A stretch of 51,618 bases of DNA from Scenedesmus sp. PABB004 (Eukaryota). Made by a program: the position numbers and the translations under genes. The notes under the pieces are model-generated. The model ran no database searches. It saw only the letters and a program-made list of their open reading frames with translations, and was not told the origin of the DNA. The DNA is taken from positions 744,001 through 795,618 of the forward strand of contig JABVCE010000017.1 in assembly GCA_014905635.1 (NCBI GenBank), written 5' to 3'. Below are positions 11,718 to 23,046 of the stretch, one piece after another (positions within the stretch are counted from its first letter, which is position 1; each line of letters begins with the position of its first letter).

Positions 11718-12576
11718 ATGTCGTTGCCGGCGGGCAAGCGGCGCGCGAGGTGGGTGCTGGCGCCTAGCCAGGCGCAGCAGGCGCCGCGCACCGCAGGCTC
11801 ACCGCCGCCCCCTCGCCTGCTCGCCCCGCCGCGCCGCCAGCAGCCCGCTGCCAGAGGTGCCCGAGCCGCTCGTGATCCACTTCCTGAGCTTCCTGCCGCC
11901 GTCGCTGCAGGCGTGGGCCGCCAGGCTGGTCTGCAAGGCGGCGCGCGAGCGCTTCTGCGGCGCGACGGCCATCTCGCTGTGCTGCCCCGAGCTGCCGCTG
12001 GCGGCGGTGCAGGAGGCCTGGCGGGCCGCGCAGGATGGCGGATGGGAGCAGCAGGTTAAGCAGTACAAGCTGGCGGAGGCGCGCGCGGCGTGCGGCGACG
12101 TGGCGGGGCTGGCCTGGCTGTGCCGCGCCGGCTGCAGCATGGACGACGTGTGCCGGGTCGCAGCACGGAACGGCCAGTTTGCCGTGCTGGAGTGGGCGTG
12201 GCGCGAGGGGCTGGACCTGCGGGACGTGTGCAAGGGGGCAGCTTGGGGCGGGCAGCTGGCGGTGCTGCGCTGGGCGCGCGCGCAGACGCCGCCGCTGCCG
12301 TGGGGTGACTCAGGGTTTGGGGTGTGCTCCAGCGCCGCGGGGCGCGGCGACTTGGAGATGCTGCGCTGGGCGCGCGGTCAGGACGAGCCCGCGCCGTGGG
12401 ACAGGAATGCGTGCAAGGCGGCGGCTGATAACGGGCACCTGGAGACGCTGCGCTGGCTGCGCGCCAACGGCTGCCCGTGGTGGCGCGAAGGCTGCGAGGG
12501 TGTGGCGGCCTGGCGTGGCGACGCGGCCGTGGTCGCATGGATCCGGGCGCAGTCGGACGACGGTGCTGCTGACTGA
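11718..12576 (+). CDS. F-box-like N-terminus plus ankyrin-like repeat protein (algal/giant-virus-type family), 2 exons
   Basis: ATG 11718; intron 11750-11840 joins in frame to SPLPEVPEPLVIHFLSFL...ARLVCKA. Repeats AARNGQFAVLEWA, AAWGGQLAVLRWARAQTPPLPW, AAGRGDLEMLRWAR, AADNGHLETLRWLRANGCPW. Confidence 0.85.
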
Positions 12577-12786
12577 AAAGGCGGCGACTGATGAGGAGAG
12601 TTCTCGAGGCAGGGGGCGGGGGACGGGGCGGGGCGCCGGCTGCACGCCCTGCCAGGCTGGGGTTGCCAGCACCAGGCGGCCAAGCGCGCGGCCGCCGCAG
12701 CCGAGGCCTCAACCGCTCCAGCGCCCTCTTGCTCGGGGCCGTGCGCCGCCCACGCCCGGCTGCAGCACGCGCGCACGCGTGCGCGC

Positions 12787-13666
12787 TCACTTGGCCGGCG
12801 GCGGCGGCGGTTCGCGCGGGCTCGCGCCCGGGTCGACCACCACCACGGGCGAGTATCCCGCGCCGAGCGTGTACAGCACGCTGCTGTGCTGCTTCTCCTT
12901 GGCGCCCAGCGCAAACTGGCGCGGCACGGTGCGACGGGGCGGGGTGGCGCAGGGGGCAGCTTTGCGTGCTGCGTGCTGCGCGCGCTGGGCCTTGTGCTGC
13001 GCGGGTCGCGCGCCGCGCCGCCGCACCATGCGGTCCTTGGTGAGCTTGGTCAGCATGCAGCGGCTCGCGCCCAGCACCGGCTCCTCCGCGGTGGCCACCT
13101 CCTTCACCTGGCGCACGGCGCAGGCCTCGCCGGCCAGGTGGTCCACCGCGGCGCGCAGGTCGAGATGCGCCAGCGCCTGCCGGGCGGCCCCGCAGCGCGG
13201 CGGGCAGCTCGTGGGCGACGGGCGGGCGGCGGCCGGCCGCCCGGTGGGCGCCGCGCAGCGCCACACGCGCGACGCGGCGCGCCTTCGGCGACGGCGCGCC
13301 CGGGCTGCGCGGCGAGCCGTTGTCGGCGTGTGGCAAGCACCCGCCGCCGCTGCTGAAGTGGTCAACGCGCGCCGCCGTCGCCTGGCCCGGTGCGCACGGC
13401 CGCGCGGGCGGGCTCTGCGGAGCATCACCGGGGGCGGCGGCGGCGGCGGCTTGCGCGGCGCGCGCGGACCTATGCGCCGCGCGCAGCCGCCGGCGCACCG
13501 GCGGCGCGATCGACGCAGCCGCGATGCACGCCGCGCCGCAGAGGTTGGCCGGCGTCGACGCGGCGTGGATTCGCACGCCGCGCGCCCGCTCCGGCAGCGG
13601 GCCGCCCTCGCCGGCGTGCGTGACGGGGTTGTACGTCGCGTGCGACTGCGAGTCGCGCGTCGCCAT
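12787..13666 (-). CDS. Hypothetical protein, multi-exon
   Basis: Coding-like segments bounded by GT..AG: MATRDSQSHATYNPVTHA, VDHFSSGGGCLPHADNG, LAHLDLRAAVDHLAGEACAVRQVKEVATAEEPVLGASRCMLTKLTKDRM, FALGAKEKQHSSVLYTLGAGYSPVVVVDPG...AK*. No family recognised. Confidence 0.6.
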
Positions 13667-14005
13667 TGCGCGCAGGGGAGCCGCAGCAGCAGTCAAGGCC
13701 CGCGCGGCGCGCGGCGCCGACTGTGCGTGCGGGAGGGCTTCGCCTGAACGTGCTGCGTTAGACCGAGAGTTCACACACGCATGGAGCAGGAGGAGGGGCT
13801 GCGGCGACGCAGCGGTTGAAGCCGCCGCGCAGCGCGGCGCCGACCGCTCGACTCCTCGCCCTGCACGGGCCCCGGTGACGCGCCATGCGCCGTGTAATCG
13901 CGCTGATACCGTGCTCAGGCGGCCTGATGCGCCACGTCGCCGCGGGTTGACCGGCGCGCCCGCGCCGCTCGCGCCGCGCCAGGCCGTCGGGCGACCGCTG
14001 ACGCG

Positions 14006-17000
14006 ATGCTGGACGCGCGGGCCTTCCGCCCGCACGAGGTGCTGGGCGACGCGGGCGCGTTCGCGGCGGCGCTGGCGGCGCAGCGGTCGGCGGAGGCGGC
14101 GGCCGCCGCGCGGCCTGCGCCGGCGCCGCCGCCGCCGCTCGGGCTCAGCGCGGAGGACCGCGGCGCCGTGCCGGCTGACGTGTGGGCGGCTGCGGAGCTG
14201 CTGGGCGAGGCCAGGGGCCCCGCGCTGCTGGCCGTGTATCGCGAGCTCGTGGCGCAGCGCGAGGCGGCGGTCGCGGCGATGGCCCTCAACGCCACACGCC
14301 GCCAGCAGCAGCAGCCGGCGGCGGTCAGCAGCAGTCCCGGCGGCGGCTGGCGCGGTGGCGGTGCCGCGCACGGCGCGTGCTCCGTGCCGGGGCAGCTGCT
14401 GAGCAAGCGCACCGTCATGGACGACCTGCGAGACGTGAGGCGCCGCCCCTGGCACACACCGCGGGAAGGGACGACTGGCGGCCGTGCGGCGCGTGTGCGC
14501 GCGGCCGGCGGGCGCACGACACAGCACGCGCCGCGCGCCGCGCCGCGCGCCGCGCCGCGCGCCGCGCCGCGCGCAGGGCCACGACGAGCGCGTACTTGTG
14601 GCCTGGGCGGCGCAGCAGGCGGCCTGGGCGGCGCAGGCGCAGGCGCTCGCGGCCGCGTCGGGCAAGGACCCGGCGGACGTGACGCTCAACTGCGGTGCGC
14701 GCGCCGCCCGGCCGTGGCGGCCGCGCGGCAGCGCGGGCGCCGTCGCGCTCGCGACGTGGCGAGACGCCGACCGCCCCGCCCGCTGCCCCGGCCGCTGGCA
14801 GGCGACGCGTGGCGGCGCAAGCTGGAGCTGCTCGCCGCGCTCGAGGTCGCCGTGCCGGCCGCCGCCGCCGCGGCGCACCGGGTCAACCGCGCGGCGCTGG
14901 CGGGCGCCGACGGCAGCAACAGGCGCGGCCGCACGGGCGCCGCGTGCCCGCGCGGGACCGGCGCCGGTCCCCGGCCGGCTTGGGGGCGGCGGGGTCCCGG
15001 GGCGCGCGCCCGCGCGCGTCAGTGAGACGACGACGTGGGTCGGCGCGCGACCGCCCCTGCTGCGCCGCTCGCAGGGATGGCGCGAGCGGCGCCAAGGGCA
15101 GCATCGCCGACGGCGGCGCGCCCGGCGGCACCGCGCTGGCGGGCGGCAGCTGGGCGGCGGGGCTGCGCGGCGCGGGCGAGCGCTACGTCGCGCTGGGCAG
15201 CATCTTCTCGGGGCTCTTCCTCCGCGTCACCGCCCGCAGCGGCGCGGCAGACGGCCTCGCGACCATCCGCACGCCCGACCTGCCGCCGCCGCGCCTCCTG
15301 GGCGCCACGGCGTCGCCGGGCGGCGGCGGCGGCGCCGGCGGCGGCAGCACCAGCGGCGCAGGCGGGGTCAGCGCCGCAGGCGGGGCCAGCAGCTGCGGCG
15401 CCAGCACAGGCGGCGGCCGCCGGGCGGGGCCGCGCGCGCGCGCGGGCGTGTGCGCTGCGCTGCACACGCCGCGCCTGGGCGGCTGCGGAGCTGGCCCGGC
15501 GGCGGGCAGCGGCGCGGCGGCTGCGGCGCGGCGGCGCAGCTGGAGCGATCAGCCCTACCTGCAGGACAAGCTGGCAGCGGGCGCGGCGGCGGTCAAGGTG
15601 CGGGCGGCAGGGCTGAGGCAGGTCAGGCCCGGCCTAGGAACGGGGCGGCTCACTGTGCCGCCTCGTGCTCCTGCCCACAGGCGCTCGCGCCCGCCGCGCC
15701 CGACGCGGCCGGGCTGGCGGTCGTCGGCGCGAGCGTGGAGGCGGCGCTGAGCGCGCTGGCGTTGGCGCCGGTGGGCCTGGCCGCGGTGGAGGCACGGCTG
15801 GCGGTGGTGGAGCCGGGCCTGTTTGCCGACTACAAGGTGCGACGCGGCGCGCGTGGAGGCCTGGGCGGGGCAAGCGTGCGCCCGCCCGGCGCCGACCCCC
15901 GCGCGCGCACGCGCATGCGCAACCCCGCAGGCGGCGCGGGCGGCGGACGACGCGCGGCGCGCGGCCGAGGCGGCCGAGGCGGCGACGTCCGCGGCGGCCG
16001 ACGCAGCGCGCGGCGCGGCGGGCTGCCCGCCCTGGCCTGGCCCGCACCTCACGCCCGACGCCGCGGCTCTGACGCTGCACTACACGCTGCCCCATGAGGG
16101 GCTGGCCGGCGGCGGCAGTGGTGGCGGCGGCGCGGTCAACGGGGGCTGGCCGGCGCTGGTGGGCGCCGACGGCGCGACGCCGCGCGCGGCGTCCGCCGTG
16201 CTTCACGTGTCCAACACCGGCACGACGGCGGTCTATTACGCGTGGGCAGCGACGGGCCGGCAGCGCCCGCCGCAGGCCGCCGAGCTTGAGGGCGCCGGCG
16301 GCGAGGGGGCCTTCGCCTTCCTCCTGCCCACGCAGCGCGGCGTCATCCTGCCCGGCGAGACGGCACGGTTCAGGTGCGCTGTGTATTGACCGTGCGGGAC
16401 CGCCTCACCACACCTCAGCCAGGGCCCCAGCCGCAGCGGCCGTGGCGTCGCGCTGGGGCCCACGCGCCGGCGCCGCAGGTGGTCGTTCACGGCGCGCGCG
16501 CCCGGCATCTTCCGTGAGGCCTGGGAGCTGCACACGGAGCCGCCGCTTGAGCCCGACCCGCTGCCCGCGGCGGCCGAGGGCGGGGGCGGCGGGGGCGGCG
16601 CGGCGCAGCAGCCGCGGCGGCGGGGGCAGCCCATCGCGGTGGCGCTGACGGGCGTGGCGGTGGCGCCGCCGGGGCTGGACCTCGCGCCCGGCGGCGGCGT
16701 GGTGCTGCGCGCAGCGCAGGAGGCGCTGGAGGCGCGGCTGGCGGGGCGCGAGCGCGAGCTGGAGGTGCGGTGGCGCGGCCCGGCCGGCCGCACGCGCGGC
16801 GCGCCTGCGCTCACCGGCGCCGCCCCGCAGGTGGCCGCCGCGCTGGAGCTGCTGCTGGACGCTGCACTGGCGGCTGCGTCGGCACGTGCCCGCGCCGCAG
16901 CTGCGGCGCCCGCGCCCGCGCCGGCCGCGGACGAGGCCGCCGCCGCGGCAGTCTGGGCGGCGGCCAACCCGCCGGCGCTGCGCTGTGAGCCCGGGGCGGC

Positions 17001-18041
17001 GCAGCAGGCAGGTCCCCTTTACTACAGCCCCGCGGCGGCGGCGCGCCTGTCCGGCATCTACGGCGCTGCGCGCGCGCTGCTGCAGCCGCCGGCGCCGCCG
17101 CCCGAGCCCAAGCGAGGTGAGGGGGCGGCTGCGCGCGGCGGCGGCGCGCGGCGCGGCCGGCCTGCGGCGCCGCTGAGCTCCCGCGCTGCCCGGCGCGGCC
17201 CGCAGGCGCGCGCACGTCGACCGTGGGCAGGGCGCCGGACGCGCCGGGCGGCGCCCGGCACCAGCCGCAGCACGCCGACGCGGGCGGCGGCGACGGGCCC
17301 GACGCCCTGCCGCCGCTGCCGGAGGTCTGGGGCTGCAGCGTCGCGGGCCTGGCCGCGCTCGTGGCGCGGCTGCAGGCGGCCCCCCTCGCACGTGCGCCGA
17401 GCCCGGAGCGGCCGGCCACGGCCGCGTCGGACTCTGGCAGGGCGGGCGCGGGCGCTGACAAGGCCGACAGGGCGGCGGCGGCGGCGCAGGCCGCTGCGGC
17501 CGCCGCCGCTGCGCAGCAGCCAAACCTGCGCCTGGCGGGCGCCGCGCTGGCGCAGCAGCTCGCAGCGGCGCTCGAGGCGGCGGCTGTGCCGGCGCGCGCC
17601 TCGCAGATGGTCGAGGCGGCGGCGCGGGCGGTGGTGCTGCAGCTCGCTGACGCAGTGCCGGCAGCCGCAGAGGCAGCGCGCGCTGCGGCGGCGCCAGTGG
17701 CGCCAGACGGCGACGCGCCGAGCGGTGGTGTGCACCGTGAGGCCTCGCACGGCGGCGCCGCGCACCGGGCCAAGGCAGCCGCCGCGTCGGCGGCAGCGCC
17801 CGTTGACCGTGCGGCGTTCACGGCGCTGCTGAATGAGGGCGTGTGGGGCGCGGCTCGGCGCGAGCTGGGCACCTGGGAGGCCACGCTCGCGGGCGTGCGA
17901 GGGGCGGCCGCAGCGGCGCTCGAGCGCCAGGCGGCGGCGGCGCAGGCGGCGGCGGACGGCGACGTCGCGCAGGCGGGCGAGGCGGCGTGGCGCGTGTTTG
18001 TGGCGCGCCGGCGCGCGGCCGCGCTGGGCCTGGCCAAGTGA
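14006..18041 (+). CDS. MYCBP-associated protein-like (MYCBPAP; Chlamydomonas FAP147-like flagellar central-pair protein); true start may be upstream near 13781
   Basis: Domain peptides LHVSNTGTTAVYYAW, RGVILPGETARFRWSFTARAPGIFREAWELHTEPPL, IAVALTGVAV; also WAAGLRG..ERYVALGSIFSGLFLRV and WSDQPYLQ. Confidence 0.75.
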
Positions 18042-18089
18042 CACGAGCAGAGCCTGGGTCGGCCCTCGGTTTACTCTGCCGTGTGCCGA

Positions 18090-19722
18090 CTAGCGCGGCC
18101 CGCGCGCCACCTCCACCACCATGACGTTATCCCCCGCCCACTGGCTGCCCCCGCTCACGTTGCGCAGCAGCGGCGCTGCCTCGCCGCCGGCGCCGCCGCG
18201 GTCGCGCCCCGCCTCGAGGTCGCCGTCGCCGTCGCCCGGCCGCGCGCCGCCGCCGTCGCCCGGCTTGGACACCTTGGCGCCCGGCCGGCCGGCCTTGGCG
18301 CCGGGCGGCGGCGCCGCCCCCGCCGCGCCGGGCGGCGGCGGGGTGGTGGCGGCGCTGACAAAGTAGCCGTAGCCCACCATGCCAGCGACCGCGACCGCCA
18401 TGCCGAGCGCCTTGCGCAGCGGCATCGCCTCGCCGAGCGCGGCCCAGGAGATGAGCAGCACGAGGATGGTCTTGGTGTGCCCCAGCACCTGTCGCGCGCG
18501 CGGCGCGGCGGGGGTTCAGGCGCTGCGCCTGAGCGCCCCTCGGCGCGCGCCGCGGCCCTGCCGTGTGCGCCCGATGCCCCGGCCGCCGCCGCGTGTGAAC
18601 AAACCAACCAACCTGGAACGTGGCAGCGCTGAACCGTCCGAGGCACATGAACTGGCTGACGTTGACGCCCACGCTGATCGCGCACGACGCCGCGAGCACG
18701 CCCAGCGCGGGCGCGGTGATTGGGTAGGCCAGCACCCAGCGCCCCGCGACCGCGAGGTCGACAAACGGCCCAAACGCGAGCAGCGCGGCGCCCTGCACCG
18801 GCGCGGTCGCCGCGAGCAGCTGGTGGCTGGCGAGGCCATACGTGCGCTGCATGCTGCCGCACAGAATCTGCTGCATCCCGCTCCCCACCACGCTCAGCGC
18901 CGCGAGGCCGACGCCGAGGACCGAGGTCGAGCCCGCGCCGAGATCGTTCACTGTGCTGCGCGGCGGCGGCGGCGGCGATGTTGGGTGACACGGCAGCGCG
19001 GTGTGTGTGTGTGCGCGAGGCGGCCCGCGCAGCGCGGCGCCGGCCCGCGCGGGTGCGCGGGGCGCTCACACGACCGCGACGCCGGCGATGACGGTGGCGA
19101 TGCAGCAGAGCGTGGCGACGTTGAAGCGGCGCCCCATCCAGCCGGCCTCGACGCAGCAGACAAAGGGGATCACCAGCAGCTTCGCGACCTGGTACAGCCC
19201 GACCGGGTTGACCAGCAGGCTGAGGTTCAGGCTGGCGATGCTGACCACCGCCACCGCGCTAAACCACAGCGTCGCTGGCGGGCGGGGAGGACCGGCGGCC
19301 GCGTGAGCGCCGGCGGGCGCGGCGGGCGCCGGCGCGCAGGCGACTCACGCTTCCACGGCAGGCTCGCCTTGCTCGCGAGCCCCACCGCCTGCGCGCCCGC
19401 CACGCACGCCGCGGCGGTGAGGAAGTGGATCGCGCTCAGCGTGCACGCTGCGGCGGCGACAGGCGGGCGGGGCGGGCGTGAGCGCGCGCGCGCGCGCGCG
19501 CGCGCACGCGCCTCCTGCGAGCCGCGCCGGCCGCCCGGGGCGCGCGCGTGTGCCGGCGGCGCCCCCCTCCCCTCCCCTCAGCGCACCGAAGGTGAAGGCG
19601 TAGCCGGTGCGGGAGTCCATGAGGACCTTGTTCACAAACACGATCGTGACGGCGCTGCCGACGTTGAGCAGCCACGCCGACGCGTCCGCCGCGCGCGACG
19701 GCGGCCGTCCGGGCGCGCCCAT
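18090..19722 (-). CDS. Nucleotide-sugar transporter (TPT/NST-KT family, UDP-rhamnose/UDP-galactose transporter-like)
   Basis: [85 protein letters not shown]; multiple hydrophobic segments. Confidence 0.92.
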
Positions 19723-20232
19723 GGCTGGCAGGGCTTGGGGAGGCTACGGCGGCGGCCTGCGGGCCCGCAGCGGCGGCGCGGCGTGGTGCGGCGAACAGCG
19801 CCGCCGCGGCGCGCGCCGGGGGCTCGCCGAAGCGGGCCGGCGCCGGCGAGATCGTGCTCCGCGGTCGCCTGCGGCAGTGTCTGCGACGCGGCCAAGCTCA
19901 CGTGCGCTGCAGATGCGGGCGTGGGCGAAGGCTCACGGGATGGGGCAGCCCTTCGCCCGCCCAGGAAGCAGCGAGCCCACCGCGAGACTTGACGCGTCCT
20001 ACTGTGCGTTACCCGAACCGGTTGCCGCTGCTGGGACGGCCTTGAGACTTGATTCCTCGCCGCGCAGCGGCGGCGCTGCCTTCGTTGTGCGCCCCCCGTT
20101 CGCCCGCAAATGCTGCTGCTGCTGCTGCGCCCACGCCGCCCTCGGTTGTGGGGGTCCCTCGCCTGGCGGGGGCCTCGACGCCGCTGGCCGGCCGCGTGCG
20201 CGCCGCCCGCAGCTGCTGAACCCCCCCGCCGC

Positions 20233-22543
20233 TCACGACGCTGCCCCCGGCGGCGCGGCAAACTGGAGCACGCCGAAGCGGCCGTTGACCTGCCAGCGCG
20301 GGTCCAGCCGGTCCAGCGCCTCCGCCTCGCCCGGCGCGAGGCCGGCGATGACGTCCGCCTTGAGCGTGCGCAGGCTCAGCAGCGGCGAGGGCGTGAACCC
20401 GCACAGCGCGGTCGCAAACGGCGTCGCGGGCGGCCAGCGGCAGTCGCCCGCGAGCTTGCGATAGTTGAGGTCGCCCTTGAACACTAGCAGGTCGCTGCGC
20501 GACAGCTCGGCGTGCAGGTCGGGCGCGAGCTGCGGCGGCGGCGGAACAGTCGGTGTGGCGGAGGGGGCGTCGCAGCGCGCGTGCGCTCGCCCCCTCGCCC
20601 CCCCCCCCCCCGCGCCGCGCACCTCCGCCATCCACCAGAAGGGGTACGGCGTGGTCCAGAAGCCGTGCGCCGCAAAGCGCCACCGCCCGGCCTGCAGGTG
20701 CCCCGCCCAGCGCGCCGCCGCCGCGCGCAGCGCGTCGGGCGCGCCCGGCGCGCCGCACGCGCCCACGACGTGCTGCAGGTCCGACTCCAGCGTGTCGCTC
20801 ACAAACCACGGCAGCGCCTGCGCACGAGGCCGCACGCGTGACCGGCCGCGCGTTGAGCCACGCCACGCCACGCCGCCAATCAGCCCGCCGGCGCGACCGC
20901 CGCGGCGCGCCGCGGCCGCGCTCGCACCTTGCCGTGCAGCACCACCTCGCCCGCGAGCCCCGCGCCCGACAGATAGTCAGCGAGCACCAGGTCGGCCACC
21001 AGCTCCAGCCCCGCGTTGTCCAGGACCACGTCGACCCGCCCCAGCGGCGCGCCGCCGCCGTCCGCGCCCGCGGCGAGCGCGGAGGCGCGCGACAGGTGGC
21101 CCCAGAGCGCGTGCGCGTCGTCGGCGATGATGTTTGCCGCGTTGGCCGCCGCGTCGGCCGCGCCGCCGCCCGCGATCGCCGCGTCCAGGTGCGCCACGTC
21201 GACCAGCATGCTGAGGTCGGTCTTGTTGCCCCACAGCGAGTACTGCGGTCGTGCGCGGCCGCAGCGGCGGCCGCGGCGGCGGCCCGGCGGCGGCGGCGGG
21301 GTCACGGGGTGCGCGGCCGCGGCCCGGTCGCGGCGCGGCGCGGCGGCCTGCGCCCTGAAACCCTAGTGCGCACCTGCAGGACCTGGTACAGCCGCTCGCG
21401 CGCGGCGTCGCTGAAGTGCGCGCCCAGCGCCTGCGCCGACGCGCACCCCGCGGCCGCGAGCGCCGCCTGCTGGTCCTCGAGCAGCGCCGCCGTCGCGGCT
21501 GCGCGGCGCAGGCGCGGCGGGCGCGGGCTCGGCGCGGGCCGGTCGCGAGCGGGCGGCGCGGGCGCGGCCGCCGTGTGCGCCGCGCGTGAGCCGTGCGCCC
21601 CCCGCGCCGCGCCTGCGATGTCTGCTGCCGCGTGGATGCCCTTGTCCAGCGCCGCCGCCTTCTGCCGCGCAAACGGGTCGTAGCGGGACGCCGCGAGCAG
21701 CGGCTGCGGGGCGCGGCGGGGGCGCGGCCGCGGGCGTGGCCTCGTTGGCCACCTCGCTGCGGCTGAAACGGTGTGCGGCGCAGCGCAGCACGGGCTGCTG
21801 CGGCGGCGCCGCGCGCACCTGCAATGCGAGGATGGCCGCGAGGCGGGCGTAGAGGTAACACTCGACCGTCAGCCAGGGCAGGCCCAGCCAGGTCGCGGGC
21901 GCGGGGCCGGGCAGGCCGCGATGCCGCCCGAGGTGCGCCGCCCATGCCGCGACGGCGGCGTTGGCCGCCGGCACCGCGTCGCCGAGCGGGTGCCCCGCCG
22001 GCAGCCCGGGCGGGACCGCGAGCGGCGCGAGCGCGCCGTCGGCTGCGGGCGGCGTGGCGCGGCGGCGCGGCCGTGCTCAGCGCCGCGCTCGGCGCCCGGG
22101 CGCACGCGCCGCCCCGGCCAGCGCGCGCCGCGCCCCACCCGGCATCTCCGCCTGCATCGCCGCCACGCCCGCCGCCGCCGCGGCGAGCTGCGCGCGCCGC
22201 TCCGCGTCGCCGCCGGCGGCCTCCGCCTGCGCGCGGAGCGGCAGCGGTGGGCGCTGTGCTGCACCGCGGGCGCGGCGGCCCCGACGCCGGCGCGCGGGCG
22301 CGGCGTGCGCCGCGCCTCGGCCGCCAGTTCAGCGAGGACGGTGCCCATGATGGCCGGCAGGCGCGTGGTGATGGTTTCCTGCGCGAAGCTGCCGTCCTCG
22401 CTGCCGATCAGCGGCGCCACAGGGGGGAAGGGCAGCGCCGCCAGCCGCGCGAGCAGCGCGCCGTCGCACAGGCCGGCCCAGTCCGCCGTCGCCGCAGACG
22501 CGTCGCCGCCGCTCGCGTGCGTCGCCGGGCGGGTATGCTGCAT
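20233..22543 (-). CDS. ARMT1/DUF89 damage-control phosphatase; start approximate
   Basis: SFAQETITTRLPAI, WLGLPWLTVECYLYARL, SLWGNKTDLS, VDVVLDNAGLELVADL, HGKALPWFVSD, FKGDLNYRKL, RTLKADVIAGL. Confidence 0.93.
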
Positions 22544-23046
22544 GGCTCCAGGCACCCTGCGCACGGAGGCGCCCCGCAGCGAGGGTGGCGCCGCGCGCCT
22601 CGGCCGCGCGAGCGCTGCTGCCGCTCCAGCGCCGCTTGCGGCCGCCCATTGCTCCCGTTTCCCCCTGCCTCCGAGCCTCAGAAGCGGCCTGCATACCTGA
22701 GCCGCGCGACGCCCCCCGCACGCGCAGACGCCGTGCGGCCCGCCGGCGTCGGGCGCTGCATCACTCGGCCGCCGCTGCTGCCGCTGGGCGCGCGTGCGGG
22801 TGGGCTGCCGGGTGCGGGGCGCGGGGGCGCAGGCAGAGAGAGCCACGCTTACGACCGCAAACTCACTCCTGGTAACCGCCGCCGCGTCAAAGTGGCGACA
22901 CGACACGCCCGCAGTGCTGTGCCGCCGCCGCCGCCGGCGGCGCGGCTCGCTGCCTGTTTGCAGCAGCGTTCATTCGTTGAATGTCGCCCGCCCAGTAGAC
23001 TGTACACCTGCGCGCGCCGCGCAGCACTTCCAGGAGGCGAGTCGCC

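Noticed and set aside
11718..12576. Endogenous giant-virus insertion
   Set aside because: No viral core genes nearby. The gene has a spliceosomal intron and its neighbours are ordinary host genes.
13781..13874. In-frame TGA after ATG 13781, and TGA at 27754 in the MYND gene, as possible selenocysteine or readthrough
   Set aside because: No redox motif or SECIS was seen. A frameshift error or a different start explains them more simply.
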